Both the position numbers and the translations under genes were made by a program. The notes under the pieces were generated by a model that worked only from the letters and a program-made list of their open reading frames with translations, was not told the origin of the DNA and did not search any database. DNA of 64,000 nucleotides from an uncultured delta proteobacterium (GTDB lineage Bacteria > Myxococcota_A > Polyangia > Polyangiales > Polyangiaceae): positions 160,001-224,000 of the forward strand of contig CAWKKR010000001.1 of assembly GCA_963850305.1 (NCBI GenBank), written 5' to 3'. Shown piece by piece: positions 24,246 through 33,905 of the stretch. Numbering within the stretch: the stretch's first letter is position 1; every line of letters begins with the position of its first letter.

Positions 24246-25763
24246 CTACGAACCCACCTGCGCGAACTCGTCGAACTCGTCGAACTCGTAATCTTCGGTC
24301 GCCAGATTGTCGAAGCGAGTGAACTCGGGCGTGAAGCGGACCTTGATCGTGCCGGTCGGGCCATTTCTCTGCTTCGCGATGATGATTTCCGCAATGCCGC
24401 GGTCGGGGCTTTGCTCGAAATAATATTCGTCGCGATAGATGAACATGATCGTGTCCGCGTCCTGCTCGATGGCGCCGGACTCGCGGAGATCACTGAGCTG
24501 GGGCCGCTTGTCCTTCGTTGTCCTCGTCTCGACCGAGCGGTTCAGCTGGCTCAAGGCCATGACGGGGACGGCCATTTCCTTCGCAAGCTGCTTGAGTCCG
24601 CGCGACAGTTCGCTGATCTCCTGCTCGCGGCTCGCCGCGTCGCGACGGCCCTGCATCAGCTGCAGATAATCCACGACGACAAGCCCCAGGTCTTGCGCCT
24701 CCGGGCCGTCGCCCGTCCTTCGGCTGATCTCCGCCTTGAGCCGGCGAATCTTTGCGCGCAGATCCAGGAGACCCAGCGCCGGAGTGTCGTCGAGCCAGAT
24801 CGGGAGCCTCCCGACCCGCGCTGCCGCGTCCGTGAGCTTGGTCCAGTCTTCGTGACGGATGCTGCCGCTCCGGATACGCGACACATCCACGCGCGACTCC
24901 ACCGCGAGGAGGCGCGACGCGAGCTGTTCCCGCGGCATTTCCAGGGAGAAGAAGCCGACGCCCCACCCCGGCTGCTCGACATTCGCGCCGCCGAGAGGAT
25001 CGTCGGTGTCAGAGGTTCGAACGCGACGGGGTGTCGCAACGTTCACCGCGATGTTCAACACGAATGCCGTCTTCCCCATACCGGGTCGCCCTGCCACGAT
25101 GTACAGGTCGCCCTTGTGGAGTCCGGCGCATTTCCGGTCGAGGCGATCGAAACCGGTAGGCACGCCCGTGATGCCCTCCCCTCGCTTGGACGCGGCGACG
25201 AGGATGTCGAAGGCGCCGTGGATCGCTTCTCGAACGGGGCGAACGGCCGTGGTCTCGGGAACGCGGGCGATGTCGAATATCGCCTGTTCGGCTTGATCGA
25301 TGAACTCCTGCACCTCGCCGACGCTGCCATAACCCTCCGCGCTGAAGCGTTGACACGTCGCGATGAGTTGCCTCACGCGCCACTTCTCCCGGACCACCCG
25401 GGCGTGCGCTTCGACGTGCGCAACCGCAGGAATCGAATCCGTCAATTGCGCGAGGTAGGGCGTCCCTCCAACCTGCGCGAGTCGTTCCCGATCCCTGAGC
25501 CACGTGGCGACGGTGACGACGTCCACGGGGCGCCCGTTCGTCTGCAGATCGACGACGGCTTCGAAGACGCGTCGATTCGCATCCGAGTAGAAATGTTCGG
25601 ACCGGAGCACGTCATTGACTTCGTCGAACGCCTCCCCGGAAAGAAGCACCGCGCTGAGCACGGCCGCCTCGGCATCCAGATCGTGGGGGGGCACGCGCCC
25701 CGGCGAGGGGCGAAGCTCGGGGAGCTCTTGCCGGTCTCTGCGGCTTCGGTCACCGAACGACAT
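24246..25763 (-). CDS. dnaB: Replicative DNA helicase
   Basis: PPHDLDAE, GRPGMGKT, FSLEM, DYLQL, LSQLNR and DLRESGAIEQDAD motifs. Confidence 0.99.
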   Translation of the reverse strand: MSFGDRSRRDRQELPELRPSPGRVPPHDLDAEAAVLSAVLLSGEAFDEVNDVLRSEHFYSDANRRVFEAVVDLQTNGRPVDVVTVATWLRDRERLAQVGGTPYLAQLTDSIPAVAHVEAHARVVREKWRVRQLIATCQRFSAEGYGSVGEVQEFIDQAEQAIFDIARVPETTAVRPVREAIHGAFDILVAASKRGEGITGVPTGFDRLDRKCAGLHKGDLYIVAGRPGMGKTAFVLNIAVNVATPRRVRTSDTDDPLGGANVEQPGWGVGFFSLEMPREQLASRLLAVESRVDVSRIRSGSIRHEDWTKLTDAAARVGRLPIWLDDTPALGLLDLRAKIRRLKAEISRRTGDGPEAQDLGLVVVDYLQLMQGRRDAASREQEISELSRGLKQLAKEMAVPVMALSQLNRSVETRTTKDKRPQLSDLRESGAIEQDADTIMFIYRDEYYFEQSPDRGIAEIIIAKQRNGPTGTIKVRFTPEFTRFDNLATEDYEFDEFDEFAQVGS

Positions 25764-25863
25764 TGGAAATCTCTCTCCGTCCGCGATTCTGACCCTGAAG
25801 CGCCGCCGCGTCTCGCTGACCCCTGCCAGGCAATGTCCAGGTTCTCAACGCCACCTCCACGGG

Positions 25864-25872
25864 TTATCCCCA
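25864..25872 (+). promoter_or_regulatory. Possible DnaA box upstream of dnaB
   Basis: TTATCCCCA, one mismatch to TTATCCACA, in the rplI-dnaB intergenic region. Confidence 0.35.
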
Positions 25873-25887
25873 AGGCCCTAAATGCAC

Positions 25888-25921
25888 CACACCCCGGCGG
25901 CTTGAGGGCCACCGGGGTGTG
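25888..25921 (-). terminator. Stem-loop downstream of rplI (putative terminator or processing hairpin)
   Basis: Perfect 10-bp inverted repeat CACACCCCGG/CCGGGGTGTG; weak U-tract. Confidence 0.5.
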
Positions 25922-25959
25922 AAGCACGAACTTTCTCACTTCCGCTGCACGGCTGTCAA

Positions 25960-26418
25960 TCAGGTTCCCTTCACGACCTCCACGCGCAACTTGGCGCTGA
26001 CGTCGTGATGCAACTTGATGACCACCTCGGTCAACCCGAGCGACTTGATCGGATCGGTCAGCTGTATCTTCTTCCGGTCCAGCTCGATCCCGATCGCGCG
26101 GAAGGCCTCCTCGACGTCCTTCGCGGTGACGGAGCCGTACATCTTGTTTTCCTCGCCGACGGCACGAGCGATCTTCACCGAGAGGCTCTCCAGCTTCTTC
26201 GCGGTTTCCCGGGCCTGCGAGAGCTCCTTGGCGACCTTCGCGAGCGCCTGACGCCGAATATCTTCTATGCGCGCGACGTTCCCGGCCGTCGCGGGCATCG
26301 CGAAGCCACGCGGGATGAGAAAGTTGCGGGCATACCCGGGTCGGACACGCACCAGGTCGCCACTCTTGCCGAGGTTCTGAACGTCCTCCTGGAGAACGAC
26401 GTGAATCGTGACTGCCAT
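25960..26418 (-). CDS. rplI: 50S ribosomal protein L9
   Basis: LGKSGDLVRVRPGYARNFLIP and YGSVT motifs. Confidence 0.98.
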   Translation of the reverse strand: MAVTIHVVLQEDVQNLGKSGDLVRVRPGYARNFLIPRGFAMPATAGNVARIEDIRRQALAKVAKELSQARETAKKLESLSVKIARAVGEENKMYGSVTAKDVEEAFRAIGIELDRKKIQLTDPIKSLGLTEVVIKLHHDVSAKLRVEVVKGT

Positions 26419-26428
26419 TTTTGACTCC

Positions 26429-26713
26429 TCAGTCGTTCATGGTGAAAGACAGGAGGGCGATGTTGCGCGCTCGCTTGATCGCGAGCATCAGCTCGCGCTG
26501 GTGCTTGGCGCACGCGCCCGAGATGCGACGCGGAACGACCTTGCCGCGCTCCGTGACGAAGTATTTCAAGGACTGCGGGTCCTTGTAGTCGATGTCGGTC
26601 GACGTTCCCGGAGCTTCGCTCCCGCAGAACGGGCAACCTCGGCGACGGCCGCGTCGGGGCGGCGGGACCGAGTCCGGGTTTCCCGGCTTCTCCATCGATA
26701 TTTCGCGTTTCAT
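26429..26713 (-). CDS. rpsR: 30S ribosomal protein S18 (Zn-binding C+ type)
   Basis: CPFC, IDYKD, ERGK..PRRISG.CAKHQR motifs. Confidence 0.97.
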   Translation of the reverse strand: MKREISMEKPGNPDSVPPPRRGRRRGCPFCGSEAPGTSTDIDYKDPQSLKYFVTERGKVVPRRISGACAKHQRELMLAIKRARNIALLSFTMND

Positions 26714-27258
26714 TCGTCGTCCTCCCCGCCCATGTCATTGGCCGCGGCGACTTCTTCTTCCCCGGCCTCGTCACCGTCGTCGGCGTACGGATCGCGGCGC
26801 GGATGGTCGTGGTCACGATCGTGACGCTCTTCGAGACCGAGTTCACGAGCCCGCGTCTCGTCCACTTCCGTCTCTTCCGACGGCTCGATGTACTCGAACT
26901 TGACGTCCTCGGCGGCGACGACGACGGCGTCTCTCTGCACCTCGTCACGAACCTTGACGGTTTGGTACTTCACGACGTCGTCGAGCATGCGGAGATTTCG
27001 CTCGACCTCGGAGACGAGGCCGCCGCGGCCGATGTATTTGAGATAGACATACACGCCGCGCTTCTGCTTCCGAACGGGGTAGGCAAGCTTGCGCCGCCCC
27101 CAGTTCTCGATCCGCGTGAGCTTTCCGCCCTCGCGCGCGACGATATCGGTGAGACGCGTCGAGATGCCTTCGGAGCTCTCGCGCGTCACTTCCGGACGCA
27201 TGATGAAGATGGTCTCGTATTCGCGGTCCCTGAGGACCGCGCTTCGTAGCTCTGACAT
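26710..27258 (-). CDS. rpsF: 30S ribosomal protein S6
   Basis: YETIFIMRP and [10 protein letters not shown] motifs; acidic tail; AAGGAG RBS before the ATG at 27258. Confidence 0.97.
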   Translation of the reverse strand: MSELRSAVLRDREYETIFIMRPEVTRESSEGISTRLTDIVAREGGKLTRIENWGRRKLAYPVRKQKRGVYVYLKYIGRGGLVSEVERNLRMLDDVVKYQTVKVRDEVQRDAVVVAAEDVKFEYIEPSEETEVDETRARELGLEERHDRDHDHPRRDPYADDGDEAGEEEVAAANDMGGEDDE

Positions 27259-27307
27259 GGTTCTCCTTCCGGACGTTTGGCCCCCGAACGATGTCGGGAG
27301 CAAGGAG
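27259..27307 (-). ncRNA. S6:S18 ribosomal-protein leader (cis-regulatory RNA)
   Basis: Minus strand CTCCTTGCTCCCGACATCGTTCGGGGGCCAAACGTCCGGAAGGAG: the 5' CTCCTT can pair with the AAGGAG RBS, with an internal hairpin and a CCR (CCA) motif, directly before rpsF. Confidence 0.7.
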
Positions 27308-27880
27308 TCAGCTCGCGCGCCGATTGGTCACGTTCATTGCGTGTTCGAGACCGTGCTCGGCGATGAGTACCACCGCTTCCCGGGCCCGATCGACGATCTC
27401 GCCGAGGAGGGGCCGTTCTGCAGGGGCGAAGCCTTCTAGCACGAAATCTGCGCCGTCACCCTGAAACCCGGGGGGCGGTTTCCCCACACCGATACGAAGC
27501 CGCACGTACTCCTTCGTGCCGAGGTGCTGACTCACGGATTTCAGCCCATTGTGGCCCGCTTCGCCGCCTCCCCTTTTGAGACGGAGGGTTCCGAAGCCGA
27601 GGTCGAGCTCATCGTGCACCACGACGATGTCAGCGGCCTCGATCTTGTAAAACGCCGCCGCGGCAGCAACGCTTCGCCCGGACTCGTTCATGTAAGTAGT
27701 TGGCTTCAGGGCGAGAGCCCGACGGCCCCCGATGTCAACGTCGGCGAGGTTGCCGAAGAATTTCTCCCGCCACACGGGTCGCGCGGCTTCGGCAAGCCGG
27801 TCGATCACCGCGAACCCGACGTTGTGCCGCGTCTCTGAGTACCGCGCGCCGGGGTTCCCGAGACCCACGACGAGAATCAC
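27308..27880 (-). CDS. pth: Peptidyl-tRNA hydrolase
   Basis: VGLGNPG, TRHNVGF, KPTTYMNESG, HDELD and GHNGLKS motifs. Confidence 0.98.
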   Translation of the reverse strand: MILVVGLGNPGARYSETRHNVGFAVIDRLAEAARPVWREKFFGNLADVDIGGRRALALKPTTYMNESGRSVAAAAAFYKIEAADIVVVHDELDLGFGTLRLKRGGGEAGHNGLKSVSQHLGTKEYVRLRIGVGKPPPGFQGDGADFVLEGFAPAERPLLGEIVDRAREAVVLIAEHGLEHAMNVTNRRAS

Positions 27881-28611
27881 TTGCTCGGCTTCGCGCCACC
27901 CTTGGCGGGAGCCGCTGCCCCGGGCTTCGCACCCGGTGCGGCGGCAGGAGCCGCAGCACCACCGGCCGCGGGTGCGGCTGCGGCGCCACCTGCGGCTGCA
28001 GCACCCGGAGCCCCAGCAGCAGCCGCCGCAGCGACCTCGGCCTCGTCGGGCTGCTTCTTCTCCATCACCACCGCGAGTACCGTCTGCTCCGGCGGAAGGC
28101 GAACCGCCACGCCGGGTGGCAGGTTGAGATCCCGCGTCGCGACGGCCTGGTCCAGCTCGAGCTCGGTCACATCATGAACAATCTTGGCCGGCACGGCGGC
28201 GGGCAAGCACCGGACGGGAAGCTTCCGGTAAACGTGCCGGAGAACACCGCCCGCCACGACACCTTTCGCCTTTCCCGTCGTCTCGAAGGGGATTTCGAGA
28301 TCGATGGGCTCGTCTTCTTGAATTTCGAAGAAGTCCGCGTGGAGGAGCGAGCGCGTGACCGGGTGGTACTGGAAGTCGGCGAGGAGCACCGTGGTCTTCT
28401 TCTGGCCCTCGATGTCGAGCTCGATGACCGTGTTCCGGCCGTACTCGGTCCCGAGAATCGCCACGATGTCTTTCGGCGAGACGGCGAGTGGCGTGGCGGC
28501 CAGCTTGGGACCGTACGCAATGGCCGGAATACGCCCGCTCGCGCGAAGACGCCGGATGGCACCTTTCCCGGAGTCCGGTCTCGATTGAGCTGAGAGTTTG
28601 ATCGTCTGCAT
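27877..28611 (-). CDS. rplY: 50S ribosomal protein L25/Ctc
   Basis: GKGAIRRLRASGRIPAIAYG, QYHPV..LLHADF and GVVAGG motifs. Confidence 0.96.
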   Translation of the reverse strand: MQTIKLSAQSRPDSGKGAIRRLRASGRIPAIAYGPKLAATPLAVSPKDIVAILGTEYGRNTVIELDIEGQKKTTVLLADFQYHPVTRSLLHADFFEIQEDEPIDLEIPFETTGKAKGVVAGGVLRHVYRKLPVRCLPAAVPAKIVHDVTELELDQAVATRDLNLPPGVAVRLPPEQTVLAVVMEKKQPDEAEVAAAAAAGAPGAAAAGGAAAAPAAGGAAAPAAAPGAKPGAAAPAKGGAKPSK

Positions 28612-28645
28612 GGTTCGTTCCGTTTCTAGGTCGCTGAAGTCGTCA

Positions 28646-29593
28646 TCAGACGAAGAGCGAGCTCACCGAGTCATTCTTGTGGATGCGCCGGATGGCCTCA
28701 CCGAGCAAGCTTGCCACGGAAAGGTACCGGATCTTCGGTACCGCTTTCACGGCTGCGCTCGGAGGGATGGAGTTACTCACGACGACCTCTTCGAGAGGTG
28801 ACGCGGCAATGCGCTCGGCGGCCGGACCACTCAGGACACCGTGCGACGCGACCGCGACGACGCGACGAGCCCCTTCTCGCATCACGGCCTGAGCGGCATT
28901 GCAGAGCGTGCCGGCCGTGTCGATCATGTCGTCCACGATGATGCAGTCTCGGCCCTTCACGTCGCCGATGAGATGCATCACCTCGCTGACGTTCGCGCGC
29001 TCCCGTCTCTTGTCGATGATCGCGAGCGAGGCCCCGAGCCTCTTTGCAAATGCGCGCGTGCGTTCGACCCCGCCGGCATCGGGCGACACGAACACGGCTG
29101 ACTGATCGAACTTGGGCTTCAGATAGTCGTTCAAGAAGACGGGGAGGGAGAACAGATGGTCGAAGGGAATGTTGAAGAATCCCTGAATCTGGCCCGCGTG
29201 TAGATCGAGACAGAGCACGCGACTCACGCCCGCCGCGACCAGCAGGTCGGCCACGAGCTTCGAGGTGATGGGAGTGCGGGGAGCAACCTTGCGGTCCTGA
29301 CGGGCATAGCCGTAATATGGAAGGACCGCCGTGATGGCTCCCGCCGACGCGCGCCGGAGCGCGTCGCACATGATGAGGAGCTCCATCAGATGATCATTTA
29401 CAGGCGAGCACGTCGGCTGAATGACAAAGACTTCGCGACCGCGTACGTTGTCTTCGATCTGGAAGAACGACTCCCCGTCGCTGAACCTCGAGAACCGGCA
29501 TTGCGACAGCGGAGTCCCGAGAACTCGAGCAATCTCTTCGGAAAGAACGGGATTCGCCGTTCCCGAAAGAAGACACAGGTTACCCTCCGACAC
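28646..29593 (-). CDS. prs: Ribose-phosphate pyrophosphokinase
   Basis: [31 protein letters not shown] and DDMIDTAGT motifs. Confidence 0.99.
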   Translation of the reverse strand: MSEGNLCLLSGTANPVLSEEIARVLGTPLSQCRFSRFSDGESFFQIEDNVRGREVFVIQPTCSPVNDHLMELLIMCDALRRASAGAITAVLPYYGYARQDRKVAPRTPITSKLVADLLVAAGVSRVLCLDLHAGQIQGFFNIPFDHLFSLPVFLNDYLKPKFDQSAVFVSPDAGGVERTRAFAKRLGASLAIIDKRRERANVSEVMHLIGDVKGRDCIIVDDMIDTAGTLCNAAQAVMREGARRVVAVASHGVLSGPAAERIAASPLEEVVVSNSIPPSAAVKAVPKIRYLSVASLLGEAIRRIHKNDSVSSLFV

Positions 29594-29677
29594 CGGTCTC
29601 TCCCGTCCGATCGAGTCGACACAAGTACCTGAAACTAATAGAGAATACGGACACGATTCGGACCTCGAAGGGAGCGA

Positions 29678-29706
29678 TACCTAGCAGCTGCACCCGGAGC
29701 CGTCAA
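29678..29706 (-). promoter_or_regulatory. Putative sigma70 promoter of the prs-rplY-pth operon
   Basis: TTGACG-N17-TAGGTA on the minus strand. Confidence 0.5.
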
Positions 29707-29736
29707 CGCCCGCCCGGATCCGCGTCGGAAAACGGA

Positions 29737-31338
29737 CTAGCGATATGGACTCGATAGATCGATGTCGGCGCCGGGATCCTCGGCTTTGGGGGCACTCGGA
29801 TGAAAACCTTGAGCGCCCGCAGCCCTGGACGCGGGGGTTGCGGCAACCTCTCTGCGCGCCGGGCCGACGCGGGCCACCGAGCGCGGCGAGGCCTCGCCCC
29901 GGACCCGTTCAGCGTGCTCGGATGGATTCGCAAGCCCCCTGACGACCGCTTGGTGCGGATCCGCTGGCGCCGCCGTGGCAACCTCCGCGGCGGATGGTGG
30001 CACCGTGACTGGCGGCGCCGACGGGGGAACCACCGTTTCCGCCGGACGCGGCGCGAGGGTGGCAATATTCGGGGAAGGCGCCGTCGACGGAACGGGTTCG
30101 CGCCGCTCGATCAGCATCACCACGATGCCGACGAGCAAGAAGCCACCGATCGCCGCTCCGGCAATAATGAGCGGAACCCTGGAGCGACCGCCCGTTTCAA
30201 CCAGCGGCGCGCCTAGGGGCGCTGCGATCATTCCGGACTGTTCGGGTGTCCCGAGCGGAGACATGCCCGAAATCGGGGGAGGCACCGTCGCGAGCGAGAG
30301 CTCCGCAGCATCGGGCGGCGACGCCTGGCTCGGCTCGCTCCGTGCAAGCCACGCGCGCACCGCTTCGCGCTGTTGTTCGATGTCCTGACCGATGACTTGC
30401 GTGACGTACCCCGCGACGTCGCGCGTGCTCGCTAGCTGTCCCGCAGCTCGCGCGGCCTCCTCGAAATCGTCCGCAAACGCCTCACAGGTCGAATACCGCG
30501 TCGCACGATCGCGTTCGAGCGCTCGCATGACGATGGCGGCGATCTTCGGATCGAGGGCTGGATTCACGTCCAGAATATTGGGAATGGGTTCCGAGATGAC
30601 CCGGGCGAGTGTCGCTGCTTCGTTTTCGGCCTTGAAGAGCCTGCGCGCGGCGAGCACCTCCCACAGGACGATGCCGGCCGAAAACACGTCCGCACGGCGG
30701 TCCACCGTGGGGTCGCCCACGGCTTGCTCCGGCGCCATGTACGCGATCTTGCCCTTCAGCTGCCCCGCGCGCGTCGCCGAGAGCCGGCTTGCTGCACGCG
30801 CAACGCCGAAGTCCGTGATCCGCGTGTTGCCATCGATGCCGACGAGGATGTTCTGGGGCGATACGTCCCGGTGAACGAGTTCGGTCGGCTGACCGCGCTC
30901 GTCCCTGAGCTCATGCGCGGAGTGCAGACCACGGAGCATATCGATGATGATGCGACTCCCCATCGTTGCAGGCAGCCGCTCGCCGGAGGTCGCCGCGCGC
31001 GCGAGCAGGCGCGCGAGCGTATCGCCCTCGATGTACTCCATCACGAGGTAGTAGCCACGCTCACTCGCCCCGACTTCTAGGATCGGCACGACATGAGGGT
31101 CGTGTATCCCGGCGGCGAGCCGTGCCTCGTCCAGAAACATCTCGACGAACTCTTGCTCTTTCGCAAGGTGCGGATGAAGGCGCTTGATCGCCACGAAGCG
31201 ACGGAAGCCGCCGACGCCGGACAGGTTGGCGAGATAAACGGTCGCCATGCCGCCGCTCGCGATCTCGGCCACGAGATCGTAGCGGCCGATGCGCTGGGGC
31301 CCGTCGTGACTGACGTCGATCAGTTTCGGCGCTGCCAC
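29737..31338 (-). CDS. Membrane-anchored Hanks-type Ser/Thr protein kinase
   Basis: IASGGMATVY, VAIK, HRDVSPQN, DFG, YMAPEQ and DVFS motifs; one TM; Pro-rich tail. Confidence 0.95.
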   Translation of the reverse strand: MAAPKLIDVSHDGPQRIGRYDLVAEIASGGMATVYLANLSGVGGFRRFVAIKRLHPHLAKEQEFVEMFLDEARLAAGIHDPHVVPILEVGASERGYYLVMEYIEGDTLARLLARAATSGERLPATMGSRIIIDMLRGLHSAHELRDERGQPTELVHRDVSPQNILVGIDGNTRITDFGVARAASRLSATRAGQLKGKIAYMAPEQAVGDPTVDRRADVFSAGIVLWEVLAARRLFKAENEAATLARVISEPIPNILDVNPALDPKIAAIVMRALERDRATRYSTCEAFADDFEEAARAAGQLASTRDVAGYVTQVIGQDIEQQREAVRAWLARSEPSQASPPDAAELSLATVPPPISGMSPLGTPEQSGMIAAPLGAPLVETGGRSRVPLIIAGAAIGGFLLVGIVVMLIERREPVPSTAPSPNIATLAPRPAETVVPPSAPPVTVPPSAAEVATAAPADPHQAVVRGLANPSEHAERVRGEASPRSVARVGPARREVAATPASRAAGAQGFHPSAPKAEDPGADIDLSSPYR

Positions 31339-31342
31339 TTGC

Positions 31343-32371
31343 TCAGAAGCTCCCTATCGCTCCGACGGAAGGGCCGTGGTCGTACGAAACCCACGGCCCG
31401 ATCGATGCTTGCGCGGGCGCCGCCGTTTTCTCGCCGGACCAGTTCGTCAAGAACCCGCCCACCACCACGGTGGCCGCGCCGACCAGACTCGTCGCGCCGA
31501 TGAGGACGTTGGTCCGGAGTTGCTTGCTCCGGCCGTCCTGGTACTCGGAACAGCTCGTCCCTGCGTTGACGCAGTCTCGCTTCACGGCGTCGGCGCCGGG
31601 GTCGTTGACCGTATCGAGGCCGCTCCAGATCGTGATGCCGCCGAGAACGGCGGTCGCGCCTGCACCGATCCAGAAAACGACCGGGGACAGACCGTGCGAC
31701 TCGTCGCGCACCCCCTGGTCCGTCACTGGATTGGCCGTCGGCCCCACGGGCGCGGCTTCCTTCTTCGGAATGGGTGGCGCCGTGAACGACACCGACACGC
31801 TGTCCCCCGCGTTTCCCGTCACCACTTTCGTCGCGACGCGATCGTCGGACCAGGAGGCGCCGATGGTGTGATCGCCCGGCGTGAGGAAGATCATCCGCCG
31901 GAGGGCCGCCGCGCCGTGCACCAGGCGCGTGCCGTCCACGAGGCTACAGGCTTCGGAACAGTCGACGGTGACCTGAAGCCCCTCGCTGCGACCCCGATCC
32001 ACGAGCGGGGCGGCGATCTTCCGGACGCGCTCGCTGTTGGGATACGTCTCGAGTGCCAGCTCCGACAGGGTCGCGGCGCGGTCGATGTTGCCTGCCTTCT
32101 GGCGCGCCTCGATCGCGAGTTCGAGCACCTTCTCGTTCGGGGCATGCCCATCGGCGCCTTCGAAATACTCCGCCGCCTCCTCGTAACTGCCGCTCTTGTA
32201 GGCCTCGCGACCGTGGTTGAAATCGGACTCGGCTGCCTTGATTTCGTCCGCAGAGCGAACGCCGCCGTCAGCCAGAGCAACGTCCGGGCGAAATGACGCG
32301 ACGAGCGCCGCGACAGCAAGCAACCGTCGATGTTTCAAGCCGTTCCCCAAATCCGCACCTTGGCGACTCAA
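31343..32371 (-). CDS. Myxobacterial TPR/PEGA-like membrane-associated protein; start uncertain
   Basis: Signal-like N-terminus, TPR-like FNHGREAYKSGSYEEAAEYF, beta-rich middle, C-terminal hydrophobic segments; 4 bp upstream of the kinase. Confidence 0.72.
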   Translation of the reverse strand: MSRQGADLGNGLKHRRLLAVAALVASFRPDVALADGGVRSADEIKAAESDFNHGREAYKSGSYEEAAEYFEGADGHAPNEKVLELAIEARQKAGNIDRAATLSELALETYPNSERVRKIAAPLVDRGRSEGLQVTVDCSEACSLVDGTRLVHGAAALRRMIFLTPGDHTIGASWSDDRVATKVVTGNAGDSVSVSFTAPPIPKKEAAPVGPTANPVTDQGVRDESHGLSPVVFWIGAGATAVLGGITIWSGLDTVNDPGADAVKRDCVNAGTSCSEYQDGRSKQLRTNVLIGATSLVGAATVVVGGFLTNWSGEKTAAPAQASIGPWVSYDHGPSVGAIGSF

Positions 32372-32530
32372 ACCTGGTTTCGTTTTTTTCCCGCCGGGAC
32401 CCCGGGCAGGGCGAATTCAGTGTATCGGCAACGCGAACCATCGGCCACGCCATTGAACGTGTTGCGCGCGTCCCTCACGCACCACCCACATCTACCTACA
32501 TGATCACCGAGCGCGCCCGGGCACACGAAC

Positions 32531-33889
32531 TCATCTCATCTCGAGAAGGAGTCGCTGGGGCTCTTCCAAGTACGCAATGACCTCCCGCGCGAACGCGGCG
32601 CCAACATGGCCGTCGATGATCCGGTGATCGAACGAGAGACTAAGAAGCATCACATCCCCGATGATGATTTGCTCTCCCCGTACCACGGGCCGACGCTTGA
32701 TTTGGTGCACGCCGAGGATCGCGACTTCCGGGTAATTGATCACCGGGGTGGCGAAGAGCCCCCCATCCCGTCCGAGAGAGGTGATCGTGAACGACGAGCC
32801 TCCCAGATCTTCGCGTCGACTCTTGCCCGCTCGCGCTTCCTCGCTCAAGCGCTCGATCTCTTTCGCCAACTCCACGATGCTCAGGCGGTCCGCGCCTCTG
32901 ACCACCGGAACCGTCAGGCCAGATTCCGTCGCGACGGCGATGCCGATGTCATAGGTCCCACGCAGGATCATCTCCATCGCGGCGTCGTCAACCAGACAGT
33001 TTAGCGACGGATGACGACGCAGCGACGCGACGACCGCCTTCACGATGAACGGCAGGTATGTCACCGAGACGCCGAGCTTGCCTGCCTGTGCCTTCGTCCC
33101 GTCGCGGAGCTCCTTTAAAGCGCTCGCGTCGCACTCGTCCACGTAGGTGAAGTGGGCCGCGGTGCGCGTCGCGCGGGCCATGTTCTCGTAGATGCGCTTA
33201 CGGAGGCCACGAATGGGAACTCGCTTCTCGTTCTCTCCCGGAGCAACGGGTTCGACCCGCTCGAACGACGGCTGCGGCGCAATCGTGTGCGCGGTGTGAG
33301 ATGTCGCCGCGCGCGGGGCTTCGGCGCTGGTCGTCGGCCCCCGCCTGCCGTTCGAGATGTGGCGCTCCACGTCGTCGCGCGTCACGCGCCCTCCCTCACC
33401 CGTCGGTCGCACGCGGCGAAGGTCCAGCCCTTGTTCACGAGCGAACTTGCGGGTCGCGGGCGACGCGAGCGGCTTCTCGCTCATGTATTCGTCCGCGATG
33501 ATCCGCGGGGCGCGCGGAAGCCCGGGCAAGACGTCTTTCAGGTCCCCCACGGCGGACGCGACGGCCCCCTGGTGGGGGGGCGGCGCCTGTGCGGGACGCG
33601 ACGCCGGATGAGACGGCGGTCTCGGCGCACCCGCGGGGACCGACTCTCCATCCACGTCCAGCACGACGAGGATCGAACCCACGGGAACCACATCCCCTTC
33701 GCCTCCCCGGATCTCCACGACCTTTCCGGGCTTGGGCGCGCCGATAGTGACCGTCGCCTTGTCGGTCATCACTTCGACCATGTCCTGACTCTCGATCACC
33801 GCGTCGCCTACGTGAACGAGCCAGGTCACGATCTCGCCCTCGGTCACGCCTTCGCCGATATCGGGCAGCTTGAACTCGAATCGAGACAT
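32531..33889 (-). CDS. 2-oxoacid dehydrogenase E2 (dihydrolipoamide acyltransferase)
   Basis: Lipoyl motif EVMTDKA, ASPATRK binding domain, catalytic DHRIIDG. Confidence 0.96.
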   Translation of the reverse strand: MSRFEFKLPDIGEGVTEGEIVTWLVHVGDAVIESQDMVEVMTDKATVTIGAPKPGKVVEIRGGEGDVVPVGSILVVLDVDGESVPAGAPRPPSHPASRPAQAPPPHQGAVASAVGDLKDVLPGLPRAPRIIADEYMSEKPLASPATRKFAREQGLDLRRVRPTGEGGRVTRDDVERHISNGRRGPTTSAEAPRAATSHTAHTIAPQPSFERVEPVAPGENEKRVPIRGLRKRIYENMARATRTAAHFTYVDECDASALKELRDGTKAQAGKLGVSVTYLPFIVKAVVASLRRHPSLNCLVDDAAMEMILRGTYDIGIAVATESGLTVPVVRGADRLSIVELAKEIERLSEEARAGKSRREDLGGSSFTITSLGRDGGLFATPVINYPEVAILGVHQIKRRPVVRGEQIIIGDVMLLSLSFDHRIIDGHVGAAFAREVIAYLEEPQRLLLEMR

Positions 33890-33905
33890 GATCGAAATTC
33901 CTCCG

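Noticed and set aside
24960..25040. Intein in DnaB
   Set aside because: Only a ~20-aa loop insertion (TPRRVRTSDTDDPLGGANVEQ); no intein splice motifs
29594..29736. tRNA-Gln often found upstream of prs
   Set aside because: No cloverleaf, T-loop GTTCRA or CCA end is visible; only promoter-like sequence
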